DNA of 63,708 nucleotides, filler included, from Saprolegnia diclina VS20 (lineage: Eukaryota): NCBI RefSeq assembly GCF_000281045.1. It is 6 parts of 4 records of this genome, joined end to end, with 100 filler letters (N's around TTAATTAATTAA, not from the genome) between each part and the next. Parts side by side here need not be neighbours in the genome. Positions count along the whole stretch, not along the records: positions 1 to 20,854 come from NW_008246185.1; 5 more parts are not named here. One strand, 5' to 3'. Each line of letters begins with the position of its first letter. Positions within the stretch are counted from its first letter, which is position 1. The notes below the pieces were generated by a model. That model was not told the origin of the DNA. It did not search any database and worked only from the letters and a program-made list of their open reading frames with translations. Made by a program: the position numbers and the translations under genes. Of this stretch, positions 1 through 13,392 are shown piece by piece.

Positions 1-2168
1 GTCACCTCGATGCAACGCGCCACGCACCGAATCGCACCGCGTAATGCGACGGCATTTTCATTGATTGCGTAATCATTTCTCCAATATATCTTGAAGTTTG
101 TATGCTTTTTGGCTCCAAGGAGGATCCAAGGCGGAGCCCAAATGAGGCACGAAAAAGCTTAACATTGGATAACGCTAAAAAATCCAAGATTGCAGAGGCC
201 TGGTGATCGTCAACAATCAACGCCTTGCCACCACCACCAGCAGCGCAAGAACGAGCATGGTACCTGGCACTACACAGCAGATCATCGATTGGTCCTTCCA
301 TCTACTACAGAAGTCATTTAGCTTGCACATGTGTATACCATGTCTAATTAATTGTGCTTAAATGCACGAGTGGCAGGCTGGTCCTCGATTTTGATGCAGC
401 GATCTCGAGAAGCTAGCGTTACGTCCTGGCACGAGTCGAGCGTGGCCAAGGCAGCGGCGCGCAAGAGGAACCGCATCGAAGCACGCCACGATCGCAGCCG
501 AGACGAAAGTCGCACGTCCGAGCACCTCGAGCGCGCGATTCGTGGGCGCCACAACGAGCGGGCGTAGGCGAAGATGCGTCAATTGCTGCCCGCGCGCTCG
601 CCGAAGGCGTCGCCCACGAGGCGCGCGCCAGAGGATGTTGCGGTGCGCACGATGCTGGGCAGCTTGTAGCCTCGTTGCAAGTCTAGCGAGCGAGCACGAG
701 AGCGTCATCATCGCCGGCAGTCGCGTGCCCATGAGGCCGTCGATAGCATTGACAGGGTTCCGCCCTTGCGGTGACTCGGTCACTCGTCAGGCATGCTGCA
801 ACGGCGCCATGTTTGCCGACGCGGCGTGGAAGCGCCTCAACATGGCACGGCCATCGGACGTCAGTGCGGCGGGAAATGTGCAAGATGTCAAATGGCCGCT
901 GGGGTGCTTACTGATGATTGGCTGAAATAGGACGCTTACGCGATATGGGTTGGCCGCTCAATAATAATTAATTTGGCCCTTGCGATTGGCTAAAATGCTG
1001 ACATGGTGGATGGATCCGCGCCGCAGCCGCCAGTGAGGTCGATCGGTCGCCCAACCTGCGTTTTCAACAAAGTCGCTCATACTTGGCGAGGTGATAGAGG
1101 ACACTCTAGAGAGCTCAAAACACCTCGTCACGTCGACGTGCGCAATGTCTAGCGCCCTCTACGGGTTCGCCACTAATGGTGGAATATGCCACATCTAGAC
1201 ACATACTACCATATTTAGTGCTTGACCAAGTTTCGTTCAATTCGAATGCACAGCTTTAAGTACGGCTTCGAGCATCGTCATCTACCTATTTCCTACTTTG
1301 ATGCATTGAGAGAAATCGGGAGGCAGCTGCGTCGAGGCGCTAGGCGATGATGCTCTTCGGAACCGAACCAACTTGCGTCTGCGCAGCGACCGGACGCTGA
1401 GGCAATGCAGCCGATCCACCGGCCATGAGATTCCAATACATTGATCTCAACAGGTAGACATGCGCTACAGGTGCAGTGCGTGGCCATGACGCCGTCGTCT
1501 GTGACCAAGAGGCGCCATCACGACGCCATCTCGAGCCCTTCCTCTCTTCCGACAGTTTCCCATCTTCCCAGAGCTTCAAGAGACGATCGTCATGAAGCAT
1601 TCGTGTACTACATGCTCGGTATACTCGATGAGTCGTCAACTACATGCATGTTGAACGAGGTCCACGGGAAATGTCATCACGCAGGTATGCATCGCGAGGG
1701 GCCATACCTCGACACTGCCCGCTGCCATCGGTTCCTCTGATCGTGGTAGCACAGACGTCGTGACACCAGGTCCTCTTCATGGCATGGGCGTGCTGCTGGA
1801 GAGCTGGCACTGAAGATGTACGAGCGGGGGTTTGAGCCGGAGGACACGGAGCTGCAGTCGGATCAGTTGCTCTGTCAAATGAGGTATCATTCGCATCGTC
1901 TTGGATCGCCTCGACCTCCATGACGAGGTAGGAAGCGCGTCCATGTACCTTCGAGCGCCTGGAGCGCTTCCTCCTTCGTCCGCAGGTCGGCCGCGGCCTC
2001 GGCAGTCGCCCGCGCCAGCGTCATCGTCTCCATCGCCGGCTTCCGATCAACTGAAAAATACGCGTGTTGGATTGGCCAAAATGTCGTGCTGTCCGGATAG
2101 TGTATTCGGATCAAATGCTTGCTTTGCTTTTTAACAGGTTGATTGTTATCTAATACGCGGTTTCACAA

Positions 2169-4117
2169 ATGGAGTCGACGCTGCATGCCAGGACGCAGCG
2201 GGTCCTGGACGCTGCCCACGCCACGTACGCCTACGTGGCCTCGACGCGGCTCTACCATGCGCTTGTCGCGCTCGTGCAATGGCTCACGCCCGCCTGCCAC
2301 GTCATCTTCGCCGTCGTCACGGGTACCAACATTGCGTCTCCCGAGGCGCAGCATGAGCGAGCGCTGGCCAAGGACAAGCTCCAGCACAACGACGTGTACC
2401 GCGATCGGCTGCTCGCGCTCGAGATTGACCAGCTTGTCGACATTGGTGATGCGCTGCGCATGACGAGCCGGCAGCGCGACCGCTTCTTCATGACCTTTCT
2501 CAAGCTCGACTGGACACGCCGGTCTGCGATCACAGTCAAGGACCTCTTTCTCTACTGTGGCCTTCGCCGCAGCCGATTCGCCGACGTCATCTTACCGCCG
2601 CCGCTGCGCAAACAGAGCTTCCGCCAGCTACCCAACCGGTTTGAGATTAGCCCGCTCTTGTGCGCGCTCTACTCGTTTTGCTCGCTGCCGCCGCCCGAGG
2701 TACACGATACCTCTTGCTGTTGCACTACTAGTACAGCGTGAGATTGATTCCTTGTCTAGCTGCTGGCGTTTATTGTCGCCACCGCCGAGACCGATACTGT
2801 CGTTCTCGACATTCTCAGCCAGGATGTCGAGTACCTGCAGCTAGTCCAGGTCGCCGACGCTGCCATCGCTCGGAACGAGTCGTACGGACCAGGCCTTCGC
2901 CTCCAAGCGCAGCTCGCGCGCCTCTTGCAGCTCGTGGTCGGCACGCTCAACCCGCACGAGACCAAGCTCGTGGCGGCCCTCCGTTCGCTCTACTCGACGA
3001 CCGACGCCAGCGCCATCGACTTTGCTGCTGTCCATGGCATTCATCATGTCTGCGATTTCATCCAGCGGTTCCCAGGTAGAAAACACCATCTCTAGTCGCC
3101 TCGAAGCTAACAATTCTGCAGCGATCGTGTACCCTGCGTTCTGGGTGCAACGGACGCTCCGCCGGCGTATCCTCGGGCAGCACTTTTGGCATCGCATGGT
3201 CGACCACCGCCGCGACTGGATGCATAGCGGCCACCTCCAGATCTTTTTTAGCATGAGTGAGATTCTACAACTTGGCGCGCCGACGCCGCTGCAGCCAAAG
3301 CCAGAGACGCACAAGCACCGCCTGCCCAAACCGCTCTCCAAAGTCCTACCGTCGTCGTGGTTGGCAATCGCTTCACCTGCGTATGCTTGACGTGGTTGGA
3401 ATAGGCTCCTGACCAAGCGTGAGGCGTCGTATCGTCCCGCAAAGGTCGAGGCGCCGCCGCCGCCGCTCGCAGAGATGCCGCTGGTCCAAGACACGGACGA
3501 TGTGAATTCGACGCCGCGGTCCAATGAGCCGACAATGTACCTCGCCGACGACGAGCGGCTCCGGTACGAGATCGCTATGGCTATCGAAGGCTATGCAAAT
3601 GCGGCCGACGCATGGCTCGTCACGGCACACAACCTCATGGCCGCCATCCATCTCAAGCAGATGGAGCTCGATGGCGAAGCGCGTATAGGACCGGAAGCGT
3701 TTGCAGCCGAGTACACGCGCCTCGTGAATGGACTTGCGACGCACTCGCTCTCTGAAATGGACAAGAACTCAGTGCGAAAGAGTGTCGTCAAGCAGTATGG
3801 CTACCAGTTTGCCGATTTCATTGCGGGGTTCGGGTTTCCTCAGACTACAACGACCAACGATGTCAAAGCCAAGAGCACCAAAACCAAGGGAGTAAAGACC
3901 AAGCCTACTGCGCCCATCGAGACGAGCTCTGCATGGGACAAGGTACACGCCTCTACAGTGTCAAGATTCGAACGCTTTCGACTTGGTATAGCTGTACGAT
4001 CCGGCCGAGAAGCGGCATTTTTACCACAATGTGCACACGGGCGAGTCGGCGTGGGAGCTGCCGCGCGGTGCGACTCTGGCGCCGACGACCAAGCATGAAA
4101 AGAAGAAGAAGCGATGA
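2169..4117 (+). CDS. Multi-exon hypothetical protein with C-terminal WW domain (possible degenerate EF-hand near N-terminus)
   Basis: GC3-rich ORF pieces (2169-2741, 3022-3390, 3475-4098) joined by short GT-AG introns. Removing intron 3943-3991 gives AWDKLYDPAEKRHFYHNVHTGESAWELP (WW consensus) and ends KKKKR-TGA at 4115-4117. Confidence 0.7.
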
Positions 4118-4395
4118 CATTAACATTGACTATTTAATTAATACGATTTTCGACTTTGCATTCTGTAGGGTTGGGGGTGGTGGCTATCGCAGCAAGGGAT
4201 CTTTGGTGCTCTAAGTAGTTATAAAAGCCTGGACGCACTCAGGATGTCAACACCAATTTGTTGCAGAGATGGGTGCTTTTTAGCCCGTCTCCCTATATGT
4301 ACTCGCAGCGTGCTGGTTCAAGTACCGTCGATACACATGGCAACGTGAGGACTCGCATTCTTACTCTATCGAATATATATAGAAAAACAAACCTA

Positions 4396-5659
4396 CTAGG
4401 GCTGGGTCGCTCGCTGCGAAGCAAGCTGTGCTTGGACGTCTTTGGTGCGGTCCAGCAGCGTTGCCAGCATCGAGTGCATTTCATGCGGCGTCGCGTCTTG
4501 GCCCCGCCACGCCGGTGGGGCGACAAGAGCCGTCGGTGCCGGTGGGGCGACAAGAGCTGTCGGTGGCGGCGCCGAGACGATCACGCGCGGCGCTTGGTTA
4601 ATGCGCGCTTCGAGCTGCTTGCGCACCATCGTCGCCATGCTCGTGAGGTACGCTTCGGCGATCATGGCCTTGTGCGGCTTGGTGTCAAAGACAAAGACGG
4701 TGCCGATGACATGTTGTCCATCAGCGACGATCGGCGCGGCAGCGTAAAACTGAATGTGCGTCTCGCTGGTCACGAGTGGGTTGTTTTGCACTCGAACGTC
4801 GGTGGTCGCGTCGAGAATCACGGTCGGCTGGAGGCTCATGATGGCGTGGCTGCAGAACGAGACGGCGCGCGGCAGCGCGTCGACGTGAATGCCTGTCACC
4901 GCCTTGTACCAGATGCGGTCGGCGTCGACAAAGCTCACGCCAGCGTACGGGCAGTTGTAGCCTTTGGCGAGGAGATCCGAAATCGCTTGGTACGCCCGCT
5001 CGGGCGGCGTGTCGAGAATCTGAAACTTGTGCAAGGCGGCCAGGCGCGCCGCTTCGTTCGTCGGTACCGGCGGCGGCGGCAGTGAGGCAATCGCGCTGCT
5101 GATACTGATGCTAGATGCGCTAATGTGCAGCATCCCGTCGCCGTCGTCCCAGGCCACGTCGCCTGACGTGCCGAGGTCGCTCGACGCATCCGAGACGCGC
5201 GGTCGGTCCGACTGCATGAGCATCGTCGCTTGTGAAGCCTTGGGTCCGCGATGGCGTTGCGACCGCTTGCCCGGTGCTGAGATGGCCATGGCGGCCAATG
5301 GACGCGGCACGGACGTCGCCGCGCTGCGGTGGTGCTCGGGGCGGTCGGTCGCATACCGCGCCCGGTTCTTGAGAATGCAGCCCGTGCAGATGCGAATCGA
5401 GCGCGGTGGGCCGCCCGCCGGCACCATGTTGACAAAGCCCGTGCACGCGGCGCAGACCACTTCGCCGCACTACACAGCGGGATGAGATGACGCGGACGAG
5501 GACGACGAGGAGTACCATGCGGCAGTGGTGGCGGCGGCGGAACGGCGTGAACTTGCGGTCGCAGGTGTAGCACGACGGGCGCGCGTCGTCGTCGACCCAC
5601 TCGTCGCCGCGCTTGAGGTCCGTCCAGTGCACGGTGCCAAGCGGCTGGTCTGTGGGCAT
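4396..5659 (-). CDS. FYVE zinc finger + GAF domain protein (oomycete-type architecture)
   Basis: WVDD..CYTCDRKFTPFRRRHHCRM/CGEVVCAAC..RICTGC is a FYVE motif, split by intron 5470-5515. NEAARLAALHKFQILDTPPE..SFCSHAI..FYAAAPI..IGTVFVFD is a GAF domain. Confidence 0.9.
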
Positions 5660-7567
5660 AATGGCAAATCGTGTAATCCGCAGCCGCCACATTGCACTTG
5701 CTACACGGTGCATTTGTATCGCATTTTTTTTAATTTTTTAGAATGAATATTATTATTTTGCTCCGAGCGTAGACAGGGCAGCACAGAGTGGGATTGCGGC
5801 GAGGCCACGTTGGTCGCCGCCGCCGGGCATTTTGTCGACAGCGCCACCAGCACGATGATGCTGGAGCGTCGTAGGCCTTGGTCGTCGGTACACGTGTTGC
5901 ATCGAGCGGCGACGCCTCGTTGTTTGCCGTGGTGTTGTCTACGTATGGCTTCGCTGGTACTAATACGGTTACACTCGCGTCACCGACTGGATCTCTAGAC
6001 CCATCGCCGTCGGTGGCGAGTATGCGCCAAGACAGTGCTTGTGCGTCGATCTGCGCGGTCTTTGCGCCGCTGCAATGAGACGGCGCTTCGTGTCTGGTGT
6101 CCAATGCCGACTGGTTTGGCTATATCTGCGTCTGGTTCGGCGACGAAGTAGGATTCACATTCTCAAGACGCCGCCACCTGTACTAGTACGAGAAGAATTT
6201 GCATCGCCTTCGCGCTCCTTGGTCGGAGATTGTTGATGCGTCACTCAAAGCACTCTAGTCGGTCCATCATCACGCGGCTTTCGCTGCCGACAGGCCGCCT
6301 TCATCAGGATGTGGTCGAGAGTGCTCGAGAGTACAACGATTGGATTCGACTGGTCGTCTAGCTGCCCGCTTCATACTAACATTAGTGTCGTCGAGGTCCG
6401 AGCCCCAAGATACCAAGGGCTACATCCCCATCACGGCACTATTCCACTGATATGTTTGCGGGTGAGAGGTCGATATAGTAATCGGCAGTACAATGTCGCC
6501 AAGAACCTCGATGGCTTGTGGTACGACCACTGGACTGTGGATTCTTTCAGGGGCTATCTCGTTCTTGACACTGGTGAGATGCACAAGTCGCATGGTCGTA
6601 GTTCTGCTCATTACTAGTATGTCCTTGTGAAAATGGGTTGTCGAGAGCAAGGTGACGACGACATGTCATTGGGCGAAACATCAAGGGCGCGCTGTCGTTG
6701 CGACCAGTGTCGAAGGCGGTTGCACTTGATAGAAACTTGATACAATGCTGGCCCGTGGCGGATTGGGAATCGGTACCGTTTACGCTGTTGACAAAAGTCA
6801 CCGATACTTGCTCGAATATCCTTCAGCAGCAAAAGTATCGACTCACAAGACATTGTGAAGCTTCTGACAGTATTCTCCAACGCAAGAGTCGCGGCATCGG
6901 CCAGTTGCTCATGGTTGCAATGCAAAAGTGCAAAATAGACTAACACGCTGCGAAGATACAAGGACATTCCAGTAGTTATGGAAATTTGTACAACGCTATG
7001 TTGGCGCAACGCCATGCTACAGTAGGAGCGTACGCTGTGTCGATACATCGGCGCATTTGCGTGCTAGTATGCGTAAATATATTCATGGCATTTGCCATTT
7101 TTAATTTTTAGATATGGTATATGCCTCGAATAAGCATATCTTGGTCCAGCTGTCCATTGTCTAGCTTTTACAAAGAGGATTTCGTTGACGCTGGTCTCGC
7201 ACAAGGGAATCCACGCGCAAGGCATATTCCCTTGGTCTCACACTGTGCGCGAATGTAGTCGGACTCGTTCTCAACGGCTTGAGCACAGGTATACACGAGT
7301 AGTCTGGCCGTTTGCTCATTTTTGCAGGACGATTTACCTGCAGAAGTTGAAATAGCTATATTTCCATCACATTACGAATACCTAAAGTCTCTGTGCAAGA
7401 GATGAGGTTGAAGTTGCACTGTACTACGGCTTGGTTACCGCCAGCGATCCGTCATCAAGTCACGATCGGCCGGGGTGCCCATCGCGCCGTTTATCCGGAT
7501 GTTCTCGTCCCACAGCGCGCCACGTCATTTTTCGAACTCGTCTGGTCCGATGCCACTTCGGAATTCG

Positions 7568-9725
7568 ATGGCGGCCGCAACGAGTAGCTTTGTCTCGGCG
7601 CTGGACGCCGAACGCCGGCGCGGCAGCGTCCCCGTCACGGCCATGACGCACTTCCTCGACGGCGGTGCGCGCGCAACCGAGCTCCATGACCGCGCCATGG
7701 GTCTTCTCGCTGGCATGGACGAGCCGACGCCAACGTCACTTACCGAGGCGCGGGCACAGACGCTCGCGCATGTCGACACGTTCTACGACCTCTTCCTCGA
7801 GCACGGCAGCATGGACCTTCTCATGCGCAAGGCCATGGTGCGCGCCTTCAGCCTCTACGACATGGGCTGGTACATCCGCAACGGCGTGCACTTTGGCCTC
7901 TTCCTCTCGGCGATTACGTCCCAAGGCAACAAGGACCAGCAAAACGAGTGGCTGCCCAAGGTGCTCATGCGTGAGATCTACGGCTGCTTTGCCATGACCG
8001 AGCTCGGCCACGGTACGACCGCCTCTGGTTGTGGCAGGCGTCACGCTGCGGTCCAGGCAGCGCCGTCGCCGCGCTCGAAACCACCGCGACCTTTGACCCT
8101 CGCACGCGCGAGTTCATCCTCGACACGCCGGTGCTCACAGCGACCAAATGGATGATTGGGTACGTTTCTTGTCGTAGCTGCCGCTCACAGCCATGTAGCG
8201 CGGCGGGCCACTCGGCGACGCACGCCGCGGTCTACGCGCAGCTCATCTTGAACGGCGTCAAGAAAGGCCTGCATGTCTTTGTCGTACCGGTGCGCAGCCT
8301 CGACCCGCCGCACGCGCCGCTGCCTGGCATCGTTCTTGGCGACTGCGGTGTCAAGATGGGCCTCAACGGTAGCATCGAATACGACGACGGCGCGTCATCA
8401 GACGTATTAGGCGTCGACAATGGCTGGATCCAGTTTCGTCGCGTCCGGGTCCCGTACGACCACTTTTTGTCGCGGTTCGCGTCCATCTCCAAGGACAACG
8501 AGTACATTGCGGTGCCGGCGACGACCGCCAAGCCGTCGACCGCGCTCATTGCTACACGGGGCGAGCTTGTCATGCTCTCGATCAACATGCTCAAGAAGGC
8601 GCTGACCATCAGCGTCCGGTACAGCGCCGTGCGCACCCAAGGCGTCGCGACGGGGGCGACGTCCGAGACCATCCTCCTCGACTACCCGAGTCACCAGCGA
8701 CGGCTCCTGCCTCTGATTGCGACGGCGTATGCATACCACTTCCAGGCCACGTACATCGAGTCGCTCATCGAATCGATCGACCAAGGTATCAATGTATCAA
8801 CCGGAAAAGCATAATACATCATGGCGTGTAGGGGGCGACGACAGTGCGCTGGCCGAGGTCCATGGCACAATGGCCGGTCTCAAGGCATTTTGCACGTGGG
8901 ACACGCTGGCGGCCATCGAGACGTGCCGGCAGTGCTGTGGCGGCAACGGCTACTTGGGCGTGAGTGGGCTGGGCGCAATGGTCGCTGACTTCAGCGTCAT
9001 GGTGACGTTCGAAGGCGACAACACTGTCATGGCCCAGCAGACAGGTGCATATGTCTGCCGCGCGATCGACGCCTACCGCCAAGGGCGCCCGAGTCTGGCC
9101 TACTTGACCACGTCGAAGTCGACGTCCTGGGTGCCAACGACCGTGCAAGACATGCAGACGGTGCCGGCGCTGCGCACGCTGCTCGACTTTTATGCGGCGA
9201 CCAAGGCCCACCGCGTGTACGACCTCTGGCGCCATGGTACGCGGTTCGATCCTATGAAAAAGATCGAGTTTTCATTGTATGTATAGCTCGCACCACGTCG
9301 GACCGGTTTCCGTGCCAAGTCGAGTGGATGGACGTCGCGCGCGTTCACGTCTTCCATGCGGTGGCCACGCGGTTTTTGGACAATATTGTCCAGTTGACCG
9401 ACACGGGTACGCCTTTCTACACACTAGGATTCGGAAGATGACGTGGCGTCGTATAGGCTCGTCGCTCGCTCCCGTGTTGACGCGCCTCGCGTCACTCTTT
9501 GTGCTCTGCAAAGTTGAGAAGAGCGGCGCGTTCTTCATGGCCGAAGGGTTTCTGTCGCCGACGCAATATGCAACCGTCCGCAGCGCTGTCGCAGAGCTGT
9601 GCAAGGCCCTGCGCCCGGACGCTGTGCAGCTTGTCGACGCGTTCAACTTGCACGATGTGGTCTTGCGCTCGGCGCTCGGCCGCTACGACGGCAACGTGTA
9701 CCCGGCGATCCTCTCGCACCTTTGA
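7568..9725 (+). CDS. ACOX: Peroxisomal acyl-CoA oxidase (multi-exon)
   Basis: Motifs GVHFGLF, GCFAMTELGHG, KWMIG, DCGVKMGLNG/VDNGWIQF, CRQCCGGNGY, TFEGDNTV, LRPDAVQLVDAF, SALGRYDGNVY; C-terminal PTS1-like SHL. Confidence 0.95.
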
Positions 9726-10014
9726 AGTGCCCTTGCATATGACAGATTGAGCAATTTGGAAATTTTTACAAATTTTTCCACAGACTGGCTCCGGACGTCC
9801 TGCTTCATATACTGTAAGTAACATGAACTCTTGTTGCAGCGTCCACGGTGTCCTCTCTAACATATGTATGCTTTGCCGGCTTGGACGTGCAATGCTAACA
9901 AAAGGGTTAGGTTGGGGTTAGGTTAGTTGTTCCAAATGCTGCCCAGAAGGATACAAGGTGGTATGCCTTAAAAGACTCTAGTCAAGACTGCAGACAATAT
10001 TGAATCAATGACAC

Positions 10015-13000
10015 TTAGTTGTACAAGCCGCCACCCAGGGTCGCGAGAATCTCTTCGTTCATCTTGCGAAAAATCGGCAAGTCGTCGATTGGCTTCTTCG
10101 CGTGGCGCTTCCCCGGGCTTGCAATGCGGTTGGCTTGCGCGGCTTCGGCTTCGAGCCGGTCGTAGAGAGCCCGTCGAATCGCACACTTTATCTTTGTACG
10201 CTCGTCTGTCTCGATCGCGGCTTGGCGACTCGCTGCCTCGAACGCTTCGCGCTTGGCCGCGCGGAGTTCCTCTCGTCGGCGCTCCTACAAAAGCGCCATG
10301 ATAGGGTCTCTGTTGATTGAAAAAAATAAAGTCGATGGCGTACGAGTGCGGCCGGGCTCTGGTGGCTTCGAATGTGCTTGACCAGCGCATACCCCGCGTC
10401 CGGCGTTGCCGTGTCTACACCATATCGTTCAAGAGCAACCTATGAACCTCGGCGCTACCTCCCATGAGCAAGCAGCGCAAGCTCGGGCAGCTCGGACCTC
10501 GCACCATCTACATCGAGGGATCGAATCGACAGTGTCCATGGCAATGCGTACTTGGTTGAGGTGAGCGATTGTCGTTCCTTGCAGCGGTAAATTGCGGCTG
10601 ACGTTGAGATGCAGAAGCGACGGGCAACACGACGCTTCGATCGCATCGATGAGCCGGTCCAGCGTCGCCGAGTCCACATCGTTGTCTAGACCGTCATAGT
10701 ATCAACAGTCATCATATTTTGTGAAGACCGTACAGCTCAAGTCCAAGTGCCGCAGCTGCTGTGCGGTTGTCGACTGAAAGAACGATGCGAAGCGAATGAT
10801 CCCTGTGCTTTTCGGTGCATTTCCTAGTCCTGTGGTGCATTTTGTCTATGGCACTCTCTCTTCTTACCACTCAAGTCGATGTAGCGCAGGGCGGGGCACC
10901 AACGGCCGCGTCGAAACGTTTGAGCCATCGCGTTGAATTCTTGCATCGCCAAGTGCGTGTCTAGTCAAAGATCGTAGATATATTTCCGAAAAATGTACAA
11001 AATAACGCAAATATACACGACACAATCAGCGTTTCGAGCGAGCGCAACGCCGACGCGGTCATGGCTGTCCACAGCGCCGTCATACCCGCCCCAATGACGT
11101 TGCCTAGCGACCTCGAGGTGAAATGAAAACTGCTGCGATGTGTTTGTACCCGAGATGTTGAGATATGTTAGCGTTTGCCCTGGCATGGCCTCGTAGCGCT
11201 GTGCACTCTGAATATAAAACCATTTTCCAGCAAACGCCTGTGTCAGCAGCGGAAAGCTCTCGGTCGTCAGTTGTGTTCCTACAGTAGTCGAGGTAGACGA
11301 ATGCCACTCTGCATGGACGCCGTACGCGCGAGGTTGAGGTGCCGGAGACGCGGGATGCGCTCCAGTACCAAGCATTTGGCCAGCGCCGCAACACTGTCTT
11401 TGCAGAAGAAATTGCCTACACCCAGAGTTTAGAGTAATTTTTACAGCAAAAACACACCGCTGACGTCGAGCGTCGTTAAATGCATGCAGTCGACGGACGA
11501 GAGCGCGCGAAAGAGGACGAGCATCCCCGCAACGTTATAGCTAGTACCTAGACAAATGTATTTATGCTTTGATTGTTCGAGTTGGAGTGTACCGCTGCAG
11601 TTGAATTCAACGAGGTGGGCAAACACACTACGAGGCGAGGTGCAGTAGACGCCAAGCGCATCCCACGCGTCAATGCTCAAGTCGTTGGCTGAAATATCCA
11701 GCGCTTCAAGCGCAGGAAGGTGTTCGAGGCAGGTGAGGACCTCGGGAAAGCTCGCACTTGTGAGCGTTGTATCTGTCGTTCTATGTCAAGTTACGTTGGA
11801 CACGATCAAGGTCGTACTGCGGAGAGTCCAGGATGTCAGCCCAGTTACATGTTCTCGAACAAACCACGGCGAGAGTCGCACCACGTTCAGGTGTTCGAGT
11901 GCATTGTCTATCGAACGATTGTCCATCCAATTTGTTGGATAGTATCCGACAACACTACCCGAGAGATCCAAGTGACGCAAGCGGTCGCTCGGTCGCTGAA
12001 AAAGATGGGCAAACAACGCTGCGTACCCAGGAAGCGTCCAATCACAACCTAAACGATTTTGAGCGGCGTAGTTGAAATGACGATATTGTACCTTGAAGTG
12101 ACAAACTCTCCAGTTGAGCCCACAGTTGCGCTTGGTCCAGTGCCTCGAGCAGCTGCGTGCACAAATGAAGTGGCGATTCGACGAAGTCGACGTGGCCGAG
12201 GTGAAAATGGGTCACTTTGGGGAAGCAGCCGTGCGCGAGTGCATATAAAAACACTTGGACTTGTGGCGAAGTCATGTAGTCTATCCATATAGAGGTGATG
12301 TCCTTCTAGTTGTCATGGAGGAATATGACAATATTGTACTCAATGAAATGGTCGTGGTGCGAGCATAACGGTGCCGTACGAGCCAGAACGCCTTGCTCTC
12401 AATGTCGTAGCCACGCACAAAGGCATGACCTTGGTGCTGCCCCCACAACCGCAGGTCCATCGAACCCACGATTCCGAGAAAGCGCCGACACACCAGCGTC
12501 AAATTCAACCGGTCCTTGAGGTTGAGATACGAGAGCACGTGCTTTGGGATGTCGACATCGGTGGCGATTCGATTCCGGGAAAGTAAGTGATCGCGAAGGA
12601 GCGTCTGGTAGAGAAAATACCTGCAGCATCATGAGCAAAAAATGCAATACAAAAATATACCGTGTCGGGATCGAAGTCCGGTACGATGCGAGAAGAAGTG
12701 GTGTCTGCAGCACGTCCAGTACAAAATCTTGGAGCGTCATCGACACTTCGGCCAACCGCCCAAGCGACGGGAACGGAAGGTAGCTGCAGACGTGCTGAAG
12801 ATGCGACTTGTGCTTGGCACTCGCAAAGAGCAGTGCGATGGGCCGGTCGGGCGGCGGGGGCACGCCCCCTTTGGCGACGGCGCCCTTCTTGGGACTGCGC
12901 TTGAGCGGGTTGAGGTTACCAAGACTAAACTTGGGCGTTGTAAAATTGCCAAAGCCAAAGCCTTTTTTCTTCGTCGGACTCTTCTCGTCGCTTGGCGCGG

Positions 13001-13163
13001 TGGACCTCTCGGGCGATTTGTTAAAGAACGAACCGACGCGGAACGAGCTCGTGCTACGAAGTGGCGACTCACTTGTGCTAGCATCACCGCCAACGTCGCG
13101 GCCTTCGGCTTGGCTCACTTGGCTCTCACCCCGGCCTTTGCTGGGAGACAAGAGCCGTCGCAT
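10015..13163 (-). CDS. F-box + RNI-like leucine-rich repeat protein with many introns
   Basis: Ser/Lys-rich N-terminus; two F-box-like motifs (HLQHVCSYLPFPSLGRLAEVS; DIPKHVLSYLNLKDRLNLTLVCRRF); LRR exons (LRHLDLSG, LTTLDVSG, LTYLNISG, LLHLNVSRN); last exon ends GGGLYN-TAA at 10015. Confidence 0.75.
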
Positions 13164-13392
13164 CTTTCTTTCGGTTTCAGCAACGCGCGGGGTTTCCTGT
13201 GATCGAGTTCCTGCTTGCTCTTTGAAGCATATCTCAACAAGTTGATTAACTCGAATCGACGTCATATCTTTCTATCCTCAACAAGTTGGACAATACAATT
13301 TGTCGATGACGTAGCCTTCAGAGACTTCAACTCGACACGCAGACGACGTTCGAAGCAAGCGTTGCGCAAGTCCACAGAGAGGAACTCCGCGA

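Noticed and set aside
1..2100. Short ORFs and possible gene remnants at the window start
   Set aside because: No recognisable motif or consistent exon chain.
6300..7050. Lower-GC stretch with faint SWIM/zinc-knuckle-like residues
   Set aside because: Too degenerate to assign; may be a transposon remnant, but no intact motif is visible.
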